The notes under the pieces were generated by a model that searched no databases, was not told the origin of the DNA, and saw nothing but the letters and a program-made list of their open reading frames with translations. From Basidiobolus meristosporus CBS 931.73 (taxonomy: Eukaryota > Fungi > Basidiobolomycota), in contig MCFE01000368.1 of assembly GCA_002104905.1 (NCBI GenBank), positions 22,654 to 86,653 on the forward strand: a DNA stretch of 64,000 bases. The letters run 5' to 3'. Positions 24,875 to 38,116 of the stretch are shown one piece after another. Numbering within the stretch: position 1 is the stretch's first letter; every line of letters starts with the position of its first letter. Made by a program: the position numbers and the translations under genes.

Positions 24875-25426
24875 TGGTGCTCCCCAAGGTGACTTGCTGG
24901 GTCTGATCTATCCTTGCTCCAATAGCTGATCAATTTGTCTCTTCATTTCCCCCAATTCCAATGGACTCATTCTGTAAGGTGTCTTGCTCACTGGAAGGCT
25001 ATCTCCTGTGTCAATGGCATGATCCACATCTCTGACTGGTGGTAAGCTTACAAGCTCATCTGGAAACATGTCTGAATATTTCTTCAAGAGAGTCTGGACC
25101 TGCTGAGATGCTGGGGTAGCAGAATCCTCCTGTAATACTGCCATGAGGAACATCTAGGTACCTTTTCTAAGTGCTCTACAGAACTGGGTCTTGCTAAGTT
25201 CACTTGTCTCACACATACTGGAATTGACCAAGTTGAAATCCAGCCAGGCAGGTAATAGCTCATAGGCCTTATTGTCATTTTGAATCTGAGTAGCATGTGC
25301 TCTCCAGTTGATTGATGGATTACGGCAAAATAGCCAGGTTTTTCCAAGTACAAGGTCAAACTTGCAGTTCCCAAATATATAAGCCTGTAGGTCTTCTTCA
25401 TAGTCATTGATCTTCATTCTTACTGG

Positions 25427-26604
25427 CTAAGTAATACAGTTGATTATGTGAGAGCTCCCATCCGCTGTTGAGACTGAAGTTGATTTGTTAGGTTCCAAGT
25501 TGATTCCAGCTTTCAGAGCAAATTGCTCTGACATGTACTCATGCAATGCTCCTGAGTCATTCATGATCTTGGCAGGTACTCCATTGATTACTCCATTCAA
25601 GTATAATAGCTTTCCTGAGTTTGAGGTCATCTGGGATAGGTATTCTTCTGTCATGTGGAAGGTGAGTTCTGAGTCTTCTCCAAGTTCATCCTCCATGTTA
25701 CTATGCTCCATGGCCTCAATATGGCTAAAGGTTCTTGATGGCTGGTGTTCATTTCTTCTCTGAGGGCAGTGCTTTGCAGTATGTCCTTGCTGGTGGCAAT
25801 TGAAGCAAAGTCCTTTCTTCTTACATTCTTCTGAGGTAGGATTCTTCTGCAGAGCATCTATTTCCATTGGTACTGCTTCTGACTGTCTTCTTTCATAATG
25901 AATGTAGCCTTTCTGATTAGTGACTGTAGGCTTCCCAACTCCAAACATAGCTGAGTCATAGCTAATGGCAATCTTGATGGCTTCTTTAATAGTCTGAGGT
26001 CTTTGATAATTCACTTTCTTGCAAGTTCTTTCTTTCAACCCATCAATAAAGTATTCATCTTGATCCAGGGGTCCATTCTTTCAATTTGTCCAAGTAGACT
26101 TCTGTACTTATAGATGTATTCTTGAACCATTCCTTTCTGTCTGTGTGCCTTTAACTTCCTTCTTAGTAGTGTCTGCTGGTGTGGAGGTTCTAAAGCATCC
26201 TGACTTTCTAACAGAAACTCATCCCAGGTAGAGATTGTAGAGCATCCCATCATAGTGGCTGACCTGATCTTGTTGTGATACCACTGTAAAGCTGTATCTG
26301 CCAGGTAAGAAGCTGCATAATGCAACTTGCTTTCTGGAGCAATTCCTTTAGCTTTAAAAGCTTCTTCAATCTGAAAGAGCCAAGTTCCCAGGTTTTCATT
26401 GACTCTGCCATGGTACCAGTTGACCTTTACACTAAAGTTACTCTTGACAGGGCTTTGCTGGCTCTGAGCCATGGTAGTCATTCCTTGTTGTTGTTGGCTG
26501 AGGATCTGGAGTAACTGTTGCTGTTGGCTGAGGATCTGGAGTAACTGTTGCTGTTGGGCCAGGATTTGCTGCATGGCATTCTTCCATTCTTGATTGTCTG
26601 ACAT
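25427..26604 (-). pseudogene. Gypsy gag (Q-rich N-terminus, capsid, CCHC knuckle) and start of protease
   Basis: WLFQIEEAF, TWDEF, PMEID, CFNCHQQGHTAKHC, IMNDSGA; one frameshift near 26035. Confidence 0.85.
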
Positions 26605-27689
26605 CTTGAGGGTGGTTTCTTCCTTCTTCAGGAGGGAGGTTTCTGGTTATTGCTGCTACCAATGTTACAAGTCTTGGTATGAGAGTTGTAGAGGAATAGG
26701 GAGTTTAGCTAGTATTGTATTCACTAAAACTTGAACTGATTTTTATTGAGGTTCCAGCAGCTCCTTATATACATTTTGCCAGTTCAATTGCTGACTAATT
26801 GTATTTCCTAATGTAGGTTGTGGCTGATGACTCATCTGATTGCATCATCATCACCCAATAAGATCTTACTTAATATATCTATTTCTGTCTGATAAGGATC
26901 TGCTAATTCATTTGCTGACTAATGCTGCTGATTTGATAGATTATACCAATATACTGATAACCTAAACATATACTAATTGATTTGACTAAAAACTGATCTA
27001 ACTTAAACATTCAAGCAGCAGCTCATAACCAGTGTATGGATGTGAACCAAGGATTCCAGGATATCTCACACAACCAAAGCTTACAGACACCTTAGAAGAT
27101 GAGCTCAGTCAGCCAAGTAGACACCAGCAACTGGAACAAAGATGTCAAGAGGCACAGACCAAAGTATCCCAAAGTGCAGAAAAGATGAAGCAGAGATATG
27201 ATAAGACTATAGCACCAGAAGCATTGACAGTTAGGACCCTTGTGTTGCTAAGAAACAACACTCAAAAGAAGTGTGAGCCGCAATGGACAGGGCCATTCAA
27301 GATCATCAGACAATGCTCATTTTCAGCTTAGCAACTAGTAACAAACAAGGCAATATCTGGGAAGACTTAGTGCATAGGGACAGACTGAAGCTTGCAAGAC
27401 TTGCTGATAATACTGAACCATCAAGATATTGGTATCACAAGAAAAGAGATTCAGGAGAACCCTCTCAACTTTAGTGGGGGAGAATGTTATGATCTGCTGC
27501 TTGAATGTTTAAGTCAGATCAGTTCTTAGTCAAATCCACTAGTTTTGTGTTTAGGTTATCAGTATATCAGTATTATCTATCAAATCAGTAGCATTAGTCA
27601 GCAAATGAGTCAGCAGATCCTTATCAGACAGAAATAGATGTATTTAGTAGAATCTTATTAGGTGATGATGATGCAATCAAATGAGTGGA

Positions 27690-28111
27690 GATCATAAGAA
27701 GTCTTGATGACATCAGGATGAGCTAAGAATGCTGTAAGTAAATGCATGAAGGTTCTAGGAAGTACAGCACATCTGACCAGTCTGGATTAGTACTCTGAAA
27801 CCTATGTAACATAGGGATACCATAAGTAGAATGAAAATGGTAGTGATGATGCTGTGGTTTGCTCATGTGCCAAAGGTCCTGGTGTGGGTACCTGCCTAAT
27901 AAAGAAGCACTTATATGTAACAATCTTACATAAAGTGAGGGCTAACCTATGCCATAAAATGCTAGTAGCCATAGTTAGCCAGCTTATGGGGTAGTACTGA
28001 TTAGATACAACAAACTGGATCAAACTAAACTAAGGGCAGTACAGACATAGGAAAGTAAAAAATAAGGGAGTGAGCACATCTGTCAGTGGGTGTCACTTTG
28101 ACATGATTACA
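27690..28111 (+). repeat. 3' fragment of a TGTGG-family LTR
   Basis: Homologous to 6810-7222 and 39740-40159; ends GATTACA followed by ATGG of a tnp2 remnant. Confidence 0.7.
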
Positions 28112-30129
28112 ATGGTGAATTGCTGACTAATTGGAAGCATTACAATAGTGGCATATCCCCATGTGAATGCCTTGCAATTGATACAAGATATTATCAGACT
28201 GGCCTCTGCAGCATATGTTGCCGGCAGCATGAAGGTTGTCCATTTCTACAATGTGTATGAACAGCTGCATCCAAGAAATATTTTGGCCAGAAGTAGCAGC
28301 ATATCTTCAAAGCCCCTGTTGTTGATAATGGTGAAAACATGCAACTTTTTGAGTAACAACATCTTATCACTCACCAGTAAATGGATAACTGGGCTCAGAT
28401 GGCTCCATAAAGTATCCTTAGCATTTTTTCCACTAGTGCTCTCTTATTAAATATTGGGACTTTATAAGCTTCATGCAGGACACTATTGTTAAGGGTGATA
28501 GGCTCCCAGTCTATCATTAGGTCTTCTTATTCAGAGCCATCACTTTACATGCCAAAAAGAATTACTGAGATGATGATAGCTGTTATTTCCAGTGCGGGAG
28601 GAGCAGCCAGCTAAGCTACACTTTGTTAAATTGATGAGTTTGAAGACAAAGGCAACTCATCTACTGCAGCCTCTATGCTATCCACTACAGAGAGTGGTGA
28701 TCCCACAAACTGAGAGCACAGCAACATTAACAAATAACAGGACTATTGTGGTGCCTACAGTGTAAATTTGAATACATAACAGGCACAGCAAACAGGTGCA
28801 GCACTTCTATAAGTGCAATGCCCAAGTAAGCATGGTTGAATATTACAAGGATCTATTCCAGACACTGGCAGAAAAGGTGCTAGAACTTGCAGTATAAGCT
28901 GAAGACCAGAGCATCTTGCAACCAGTGAACAAACAATGGCACCAAGATGTAGGTTCCTGTCAAAGTCAAGGAAACAAGGCATCACAGCAGAGAAACATAT
29001 TAAGTGGTGGACCTGGTGGAGTTACCTGTTGAGTCTAGGGATAGATTCTATATTAGATACTGATAATTGAGGTGCCATAGCTTGCCATGCTGGCTGAAGA
29101 CCAAGATATTTGGGGACTAATGAATGAACAGTGGCATCAAACAATAGGGTTCATGTTAATGTAATGGGCAAGGTCTAATGCAGAAGAACTCATTAGATGC
29201 ATGATTTTAGTAACATTACTAATTGAATCTATGGCTGAGCTTAATGCTAGAGCTAGATATAGTGACTTGCATGGCTTAGTACAACTGGCAATCTAGTAAC
29301 AGTGAAGACTAAATGAAAATATACCAACTTATGCCCATAAAACATAAGAGCATCATCCAAGCCTGGAAGTGTGGAGAATGAAAATGAAGCAATAACCAAC
29401 CAATGTGCACAAATACAAGAGGTGATTGAATGTCTGTAATCAGAAGGTGCAATAATTGGCAGAGACCATTTAAAACTAATCATGTAGACTTGCAATGAAC
29501 AACCGTGATCAGGTTATTAGTGAAATCTGAGGTGCAAGTTATTAAAGAACTTTTCAGCAAGTCCTTAGGGCAACAATACCTCTTAGTTGTGAGATCATAA
29601 TTATATGACAGCCTTTGGATGGTAACTTGTTGCATTGCTTGCCAGTGGGACTTGCCCTCTGCTTGCAGTGGAGGATGTGGAGGCTATGGTAGAAGAAACA
29701 TCTTACTCCACCAGCTCAGCTAGTGCACCAGAGAGTGGCACAACTGAGGCCAGTTCAAACAAGGGTCAAGTAACTACAGTGTAGTTGGTGAATCTACCAG
29801 GCCACTATGAGATTCAGAGTCTTCCAGGTTAGCAGGTTTTATTGATGATAGCTGCAGCTTTTTTCTCATATTTCTATGTCTCTTGTCTGGGTAGACTTTC
29901 CTTCCTGTCTCTGCATCTTTACCACTGCCAGGTCTTGTATTGCTAATCCAACTAAGTGTCTCTCATAAAAAAAGTTATGAACAGGCCAGCACAATACCAT
30001 ACCAATATTAACTAGATTTGAACTTTACTAAAAGTGACAACACTTGATACTGTAGGTACTGGCTTCACAGCAGATAAGCAGACCTCACCCTATGAAAATG
30101 TTTGGGTTGTATGGGTTGATCCAATCTGG

Positions 30130-31900
30130 ATCCGCTGTCAGGATCCCGCAAGGAGGCTGTCATAATGCTGGCAATTTGGAACAAAGGACCCTGTACACAA
30201 TCTTTTGATGGGGTTGTAATGGTGTCTTGCTAATTTTACTGCTAAATTAAGTTAAAAGCCTGACAGTGTTTGAACATTCTTTTGACACAAGCTCCATGGC
30301 ATTCTAATAGTCTTCATGCACTCTACAGGTATTTGAGCAGCTCTAACTGGCCAATACATCCAGTTGCCTCATATGACAGAAAACTAGATGGTGTTCTGAC
30401 AGCCTCATTGCAAACCTCCAATTGCATTAGGACAGCAGTACAGCAGCCTACAGTTAGCTCTGTATAATGCTACTATGAATAAGTGGTATTTTCTTTTTTT
30501 TCCTCCCCTTGCACCATTCATATTTCCACTGTAAAATCCCCTCTTTATTGCATACCCATTACTACCTTAGGTATTGCACATGTTGTTTAAATCAAAAGAA
30601 ATTATGGTCTCCTGCTTACAAATCTCTGCATATATGCACACCAATCTCATTTGAAGTACATCTATCACCTTAACTTTCCAGCTCTTTAGTATGATACTTG
30701 CAAATTTCCATAAACCTTGAATTGCTGTCAACATAAACAACTTGCAGACATATTCTTGGTGGCTGCCACTTTGGCCATGAAAGCCTCCAGAATATCTGCA
30801 AAGCACTTTTTGGTATTTAGCTGATATATATTCCTTCTCCCTACTGTATTTAGTCCCTGTTATAGGTGTGCTCTGGCTCTTATTTGGGTGAATTCCATAT
30901 TAATGGTGTAGAAATTGGCTTGGAACCAAGAGAAATCTGGCATACTTTAGTCAAGTGTTTGATTAAAAATTAATCTCTTGTTGCACCCAGCCCAACTTTG
31001 CATTCCTCAACTGATTACCCATGCATCATGGCTGCTTAGCTCTAAATACCAAAGGCATTTACTTTTAAAGCATAGGTGTCTACATGTGCACATCTGTCCT
31101 TCATATTTTCCAATTCTTTTGGCTGTCCATCATATGCTAACCATCACATCCATGGCAGACTTGAAGGTAATATTCTTGATGAGACTGGGATGTGGTAGTA
31201 CCTGCAACATGACTCATCTTCCTATCTCCCCACACACCTGCTCCATAGGATACTCCCAAAGAATGCAGCAAGGCCCAATATTTTCCATACATGAAGCAAG
31301 ATGGAATGGAGAATGGCCAAAGTAATGACAGAGTCTGATGGATTCAGCTCTATGCTTGTAGTATGGTTGCTCAAATTGCATCACAAACTCCCGGCATAAA
31401 GGCCGTAAACACATCAAGTTGACATTGGAGAGCCACTTCTAGATAAATATTGCTACTATGTCAACATGTGACTCCTACTGTTCTTAATGTACACCTGGAA
31501 GGAGTGGCTTGAGATGGGCACTTGAATAAATACATATCCAGCTCATCCATTCCTGGAATTTGAATTATTTCATATTAATATGAGTATCTTTCAGAGCCCT
31601 TGATGAGTGCATCAGGTAGAAACTACTCTGTAATATCTTGTAAATTCTTTCAAACATCACTGGTATCTCATAGGTCTCATTTAGCTTGAAATACCCTATG
31701 TACAGCTTGGTCATTAATAAAGGGATTTTGATGAAAAGCTACTACATTGCTACCATTGGAAAGCATTTGCTCCACCAGATACTATGTATGGTTAATATCT
31801 CCAGTTTCTGATTAATTCAAAATTCTGGCCAATGGCATATTGCATGTTCCATAAGCATTTTCCTGATTTCAAACAAGCAAAATGATTATGGGCCAGCAAT
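30130..31900 (-). pseudogene. Decayed tnp2-family transposase, C-terminal half
   Basis: MENIGPCCILWEYPMEQVCGEIGR resembles the GP-x-W-x-(F/Y)PxER motif; paralogous to 34070-35660 and 51796-52600. Confidence 0.7.
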
Positions 31901-31949
31901 GATATACTACAAATTACCTCAAGAGTAGTAAAAACTATCAAAGGCAGAA

Positions 31950-33050
31950 GAATAAGGGTGCAATTGTTAAAACCAGTGGCTTCCCCAAGAGCCCATCACC
32001 AGCAGGGCTGAAAGCTCCAAACAAGCACCAGGTAGCTAGAAGAGTGCTAATAAGGGAAGTGCAGGAAGACACAGATGCACCAGCACAACATTTTCCAAGG
32101 AAAATGTGTAGCTCTACTCAAGAAGCACTCATTCAAAGTAGTAGTGAAGGGCCTGGAGGTGATAAAAACAAGTGGCTACCTTGGGAGACCATCACAGCAT
32201 GGGCTGAGAGCCTGAAAAAGCAGGAAAGAAACAACAGGTTGCTTGCAGAGTGCCAGCTAGGGACAAGCTGGTCTAAACAGATGCATCAAAGTGGCATTTA
32301 TTAAGGAGAAAATGTAGTTTAATGCAACAAGCACTCAGAGGAAGTAGTAGTCAAAGGCCTGGCAGTAATAAAGGAAAGTCTACCCAATCAGAGACAGGGA
32401 GGCATGGGAAAAAGCTGCTATTCTTGCCAATTAACACCACAAGCCTGGAACAGACTGAATCCCACCATAGCCAAGAAGAGTTACCAACAAGAAAACAGCT
32501 GTTTTCACAGGAGTTGGAAGCACAGCCAGTTGAGCTACAGTCCAGTGGGGTAGATGGGTTTGCAGAGAAAGGCAATTTGTCTACCACAGTCTCCATATCC
32601 TCCATTGTTGACAGAGTGGAGTTCTCACTGACAGATAAAGTAACAACATCATGTACTCAAGAGGTTATCACAATGCCTTCAGTGGAACTTTGGAACATTA
32701 GTGTTCACACTAAGAGGTGGTTGTGCTTCTTTAAGCACAGTGCTCAAGAAAATGCACTTGAATATTGCAACACCGTATTGCCAAGACTGGCAGATGAGGT
32801 GCTAGACCTTAAAGTGCTGGCTGAAGGCCATGATGTATGGAAACCAGTGAATGAACAGTGGCATAAAGCTGTAGGGTTTCTGCCAAAGTCATGGAAAAGG
32901 AGTGACACAGCAGAAATACTTATTTAATGGTAAATTTTCATGGAGTTACTTGTTGAGTGTGGGGTTGGGCTTAATGTTGGTGTAGGGCATAGGAACTTGT
33001 ATAGGTCAATGCAATTGGCACATGAGGTACAACTGAAGCTTCAATGGAAA
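31950..33050 (+). pseudogene. Second (accessory) ORF of the tnp2-type element, decayed
   Basis: S/Q/K-rich repeats followed by a W-rich domain; ORF 32322-32927; paralogues at 38117-39351 and 56880-57780 (-). Confidence 0.6.
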
Positions 33051-34069
33051 TAAATCAATTTGTATGCATTAAAAGTAAGAGAAGCGGTTGAGTCAGATAG
33101 TAAGGAGTGTGAAAAAGAGGCAATAACCAATCAATGCACACAAATGTATGAGGTGTTAGAGTGTCTGGGATAAGAATATGAGAAAATTGGCAGAAACCCA
33201 ATCAAAAGCCACTTATGCATTGTTGTGATGAAAAAGTTTGACTAAGTTTTTTAATACATCTGGGGTGAGATAATTTTTGACAGTCTTTGCACAGTGTCCT
33301 GATGGGGTCAATACCTCTTAGTCTTGGGACTTGGAACCTGCAACAGCCTTTTAATATGATCAATGAAAAATTTTTCATAGAGCTGTACAAAACTATTGTA
33401 CCAATATACCAAATGGTATTTCCTTTTTCTACCTCCCCTTGATTGCCCATCAACTACTGCCATTATAGAATCACCTTTCTTTATTTGCTTACCCAATACA
33501 GCCCAGGATATTCCACATTGTTTGTATCAAAAAAAAACTGTGGCCTCCTGCTTACTGACCTCCTCAAATGCACACATCTTCTGCAATTGACACACTTCTA
33601 TTATATCAACTTTATGGCTTTTTGGTGTGATACTTGCAAAGTTGTCCTTTACCCTATATTACTGGTGACACATACATCTTGCAAGCATATGCTTGGTTGC
33701 TGCTAACTTTTCCAATGGAAACCTCCTGACTATCTGGAATGAAGTTCTTTGTGTTTTACCAGAGTTTTCCTTCTCCCTGCTAGATTCATGTCCCCCTTAT
33801 AACTGTGCTTTGGCTCTTGCTTGTGTGAATTCTGTATTGAATGGTGTGGAAAATGGCTTGTGATGGAGAAAAATCTGGCATACCTTGGTAGAATTTCCTA
33901 TCAAAAGTCATTTGCTTGTAGCACCCAACCCAACTTTGCATTACTCTACTGATTATACATGCATTGGGGCTGCCTAGCCTCTTTATGTAAAGGGCATAGG
34001 TTTCTCCATGTGCCCCTCTGTCCTTAGTATTTTCCAACTGTTTCTGGCTATCCCTTTGGTCTTGTGGGA

Positions 34070-35660
34070 GGAACCAATGTTGATCAGCAGTCAGGATTTT
34101 GCTTGGAGACCGTCATAATACCAGCAGCTTGGAATTAGTGACCCTCTTGACAATCATATGATGGGATCATGACAGCATATTACTGATTTTACTGCTAAAC
34201 AAAGTTATGCCACTTGACAGGGTTTGATTGGTGCTGTGACAATAATTGAATGGCATTTTTGTGGTCTTGTAGTGCTCTACAACAATTTTAAATGGATCTA
34301 ACCAGCCAGGACATCCAATTGCCTTACATGGCAAAAAACTTGATGGTTTATCAGTGGCCTCACAGCAAGAATCTGAAGGCATTATTAAGACAGTATGGCA
34401 ACCTACAATTGGTTCAATATGATGCTACCATACTAATTTACCAAATAGTATTTTCTTTTTCTACCTTCCCTTGTGCAATTCATATATTCCACTGTAGAAT
34501 CACCCCTCTTTATTTGCTTACCTACTACTACCTTGGGTATTCCACATACAGCTTGAGTCAAAAAACACTATGGCCTCCTGCTTACTATCTTCTACCAACA
34601 TGCACACCTGCCGCAAATGGTGTACTATTTAACCTCAACTTGGCGGCTTTTTAGTGTGATACTTACATAGTGGCCATATACCTTGTACTGCTGGTAACAT
34701 ATACATCTTGCAAACATATGCTTGGTTGTTGCCACTTCTGCCATGAATGCCTCCTGAATATCAGCAAAGAACTAGCCAATATATTCCTTCTCCCAACTGG
34801 ACTCTAGTCCCACTTATAGGTACCCTCTGGCTCTTATTTGTGTAAATTCCATATTGAATGATGTAGAAGTTGGCTTGTGGCCATAAGAAATCCGGCATAC
34901 AATGGTAGAGAGCTCCTAATAAAAATTAATTGAATGTTGCACCTGGCCCAACTTTGCATTACTTGACTGATTATCCATCCATTGAGGCTGCTTGGCTTCT
35001 TAATGACATAGGCATAGGTGTCTCCATGTGCACATCTGTTCTAAGTATTTTCCAACTCTTCCTGGCTGTCCTCCATGCACCAACTCATAACATCCATGAC
35101 AGACTTGAAGGTTATATTCTTGATGAGATTGGGATATGGTAGTATGTACAACTTGACTCCTCTTACTATCTCCCCACATATCCGCTCCATAACCCAGCTT
35201 TGCATTACTTGACTGATTATTCATGCATTGGGGCTACTTAGCTTCTTAATGCCATAGGCATAGGTGTCTCCATGTGCATATTTGTCCTTGGTACTTTCTA
35301 ACTCTTCCTGGCTGTCCTCCATGCACCAACTCATTGCATCCATGACTTACTTAAAGGTAATACTCTTGATGAGATTGGGATATGGTAGTCCCTACAATTT
35401 GAAATGTCTTCCTATCTCCCCACACATCTGCTCCATAGGAGACTCCCAAATGGTGAAACAAGGCACAATATCTCTACACATTAAGCAAGATTGAATAGAA
35501 AATAGATACAGCAGCAGCAGAGATCTACATGTTCAGCTTTATGTTTGTATTATAGCTGCTCAAATCCTGTTACAAACTCCTCACACATCAGCTGTAAATG
35601 CGTCAAGTTTGTGTTGAAGATTCAATTCTGGATAAATATTCCTTCAATGTCCACAGATGA
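34070..35660 (-). pseudogene. Decayed tnp2-family transposase C-terminal region with a local duplication
   Basis: Homologous to 30130-31500; segments at about 34930-35140 and 35180-35400 are near-duplicates. Confidence 0.65.
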
Positions 35661-35662
35661 CT

Positions 35663-36346
35663 CTTAGCTCATTCTGATGTCCTTAAGATTTCTATTAATC
35701 TCCAGAACCTTCTGGAACACCATGATTAGTAATCACCTAGCCAGTGAGAAAAATATATATGGGAGGCAATCCCTCAACAATAAATCATCATCCCTTTTAT
35801 CAATATATTAACTTGTTGATTAGTGTGATCACTGCTACCTACTGCTCCCTGAACTTCCAACCCCAGACCACAGGACACTCCCAGGAAACTGCACTGACAG
35901 CCAACTGACCTTGGAGGCACTACTTGTGAGGAATACTCCGAGTAGGTATCTTTGATTATATTTGATTCTTTCTCAAGTTTGTTATTGTACAGGCAAAGAT
36001 ACTTTTGTGTCTTTATAACTATCAGCCACAGCTGCATTCTTATCAAGTCCCTGCCAGTGGAGTTTACAATTGTTTTGGCTTTGGAAGCTTTAGTACATTG
36101 TCATCCCAAAGGACGCTAAGCCTAACACATACTTTTGTTAAGACACCAACTAAGTTGGGGATTGTAGCTCAATAGTTTTCCCTTGACAAGCTTGTGCTTT
36201 ATTCCCCATCACATTAGATTAGAGTCAGAACCCAACTATTCCTAGCAAGCTTTTGCTAGAGGTTATTGCACCCAGTGAACACCCCACACACAAAACACTT
36301 GAGAGTTGTTGGATGTATCTCTCCCTTGGACCTATACACCACCACA
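35663..36346 (-). repeat. 3'-truncated longer variant of the TGTGG-family LTR
   Basis: Terminus CTATACACCACCACA at 36346 matches 60900-60913; interior matches 6472-6840; flank ACAG. Confidence 0.75.
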
Positions 36347-37660
36347 ACAGCTTCAGAATGCCACCTGAATAAGTACATATCCAGTTCATCCAGTCTTTGC
36401 ATTTGTATTGTTGCATCTGCATATATATATATTGCTTGGAGCCCAAGAGAAGTACTTGGGGGAGGATGCTCTGTAATATCTTGACAATTCTTTCAAATCT
36501 CTCTGGTATCTCAAAGGTTTCATTTTGCTTGAAATGCCCCATGTACAACTTGGTCATCAGTATAGGGATATTGTTGAAAAGCAAATGAATTGCTCCCGGT
36601 AGAAAGCTTTTGCTCCAATAGATACCCCCTATCTTAAGTGTTTCCAGCTTCCAATTGATTCCATTTTCTGGCCAATGGCTTATAGCCTGCCAACTTTGCT
36701 GCAATTGCATGCTGACTTCTGTATGTTCCCTTACATGACAGCCATTTACTGTTATCCTGTTGGAAAGCATACAAAATTCATCTAGCAACGGATACAGGCA
36801 GATATCCAGGTTGGATGGTGATTTCAACCCAGATACCTCTGAGACCATCATTAAATCTTTGCACTGACACCGTAAGATGGATAGCAGATTCAGGTAGATG
36901 AGAATCAGTGGCTTGCAGGATTTGCTGGTAGAGTACTTGTTTATTGATAATCCATCAAGTGCTGTGGCAAATGCCTGATCATACATACACTCAAAGTAGA
37001 CCATGCTTCTTAACTATTTTTTATGTTTGCCATTGAATATATTGAGTATGTTTGCGCTTGATTGATATTGAGTGTGGTACTGTATAGCTTTACAATATTT
37101 GTTGGACTTCATTAGCTTCTTTAGACAGGTTATTACTGGAATGTATCTGGAGTGTGAACAATGTATTCCCTCAATGGTGGCATAGTACTGACAGTTTGGA
37201 CATGCTGAAATGGTGGCATTTTTGGATGGGAATGCCATGCAACTGTCAATACATACTGGATTCTGGACAGTCTCTGGGTTGTATGTTGCCAGCTACATAG
37301 AGGTTGTCCACTTGTACCATGTAAATGGTAAGTTGCATCCAGGAATGATTCTGGCAATAAGTAGTATTGAATCCTCAAAGCCCCCATTACTGATATCAGT
37401 GGAAATGTGCCACTTCTCTGGCCACAATACTACATCATTCACTAGTAGATGGATTACTGGGCTCACTTGGCTCCATAAAATATGCTTGGCATTTGTTTCA
37501 GCAGGTGTTGTCTCATTGCATATTGAGATTTGACCAGGCTCATGCATGGTACTGTTGTTAGGGGAGATAGGCTCACAATCCATCAGCAAACCTTCTTTGT
37601 CAGAGCTATCACTTGGCTTGCCATATTCAGAAGGCTGAGGTGAGCTTACAGGCATCACAA
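36347..37660 (-). pseudogene. Decayed tnp2-family transposase, N-terminal half
   Basis: CIDSCMAF..SACPNC..RYIPV; FATALDGLSINKY..PLILIYLNL..VSGLKSPSNLDICLYPLLDEF. Confidence 0.8.
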
Positions 37661-38116
37661 ACTAACCCAACTCAGTTTATGCATGGTGATAAAGATAGCC
37701 AGGTGCTAATATATAAGTATCAACTGGCTGGCAAGATAATGTTGGTACATTAGTGACTGGTAAATGGTCAAATATGATATGTTTGACAAAACACTGACCA
37801 TGCTTATTGATAAAATTCCTATGCTCTCTGCATGCTTAACAGCTGAGTGGCTTGGTACAATAGTCACATGGTCTTTTTTCTCTTCTCTTACGGTGGTGAA
37901 TCAAAGTAGTCTTGTCTATGGGGCAAACAGTTGACCTTCAGCAAATTAACACTATTATATCACTTTTTGGTCAATACTCATGCAAATTCAAGATAATCTT
38001 GTATTTGAGACATTGCACCTACTTGAATATAAGATTCAATAATTACCCTCCTTAGTAAGCATTATAAATAAAGTTGTGGCATCATATACATATGTATATG
38101 TGACACTATTTCCCCT

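Larger units (their letters stand above)
22065..27030 (-). mobile_element. Near full-length Ty3/Gypsy element (copy D) inserted in its own family's integrase
   Basis: LTRs 22065-22431 and 26663-27030, PBS TTGGTAGCAGC, PPT GTAGGGGAGAA, AGTG duplicated at both flanks, all gag-pol domains present but broken. Confidence 0.93.
13526..27690 (+). mobile_element. Ty3/Gypsy element (copy C) carrying two nested insertions
   Basis: Partial 5' LTR to 13821, PBS TTGGTAGCAGC, gag with CCHC, protease 19246 onward, RT 20063-20641 (YLDD), RNase H, integrase split at 22064/27031, PPT AGTGGGGGAGAA, 3' LTR from 27485 (truncated). Confidence 0.9.

Noticed and set aside
26030-26045. Programmed gag-pol frameshift in Gypsy D
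   Set aside because: Copy C has extra bases just upstream (14388-14412), so the shift is best explained by a deletion
26820-26900. Hammerhead ribozyme in the Gypsy LTR (CTGATGA)
   Set aside because: No stem II followed by GAAA downstream
36225-37004. 259-aa ORF with a novel C-terminus
   Set aside because: Chimera: tnp2 remnant running into an inserted LTR at 36346
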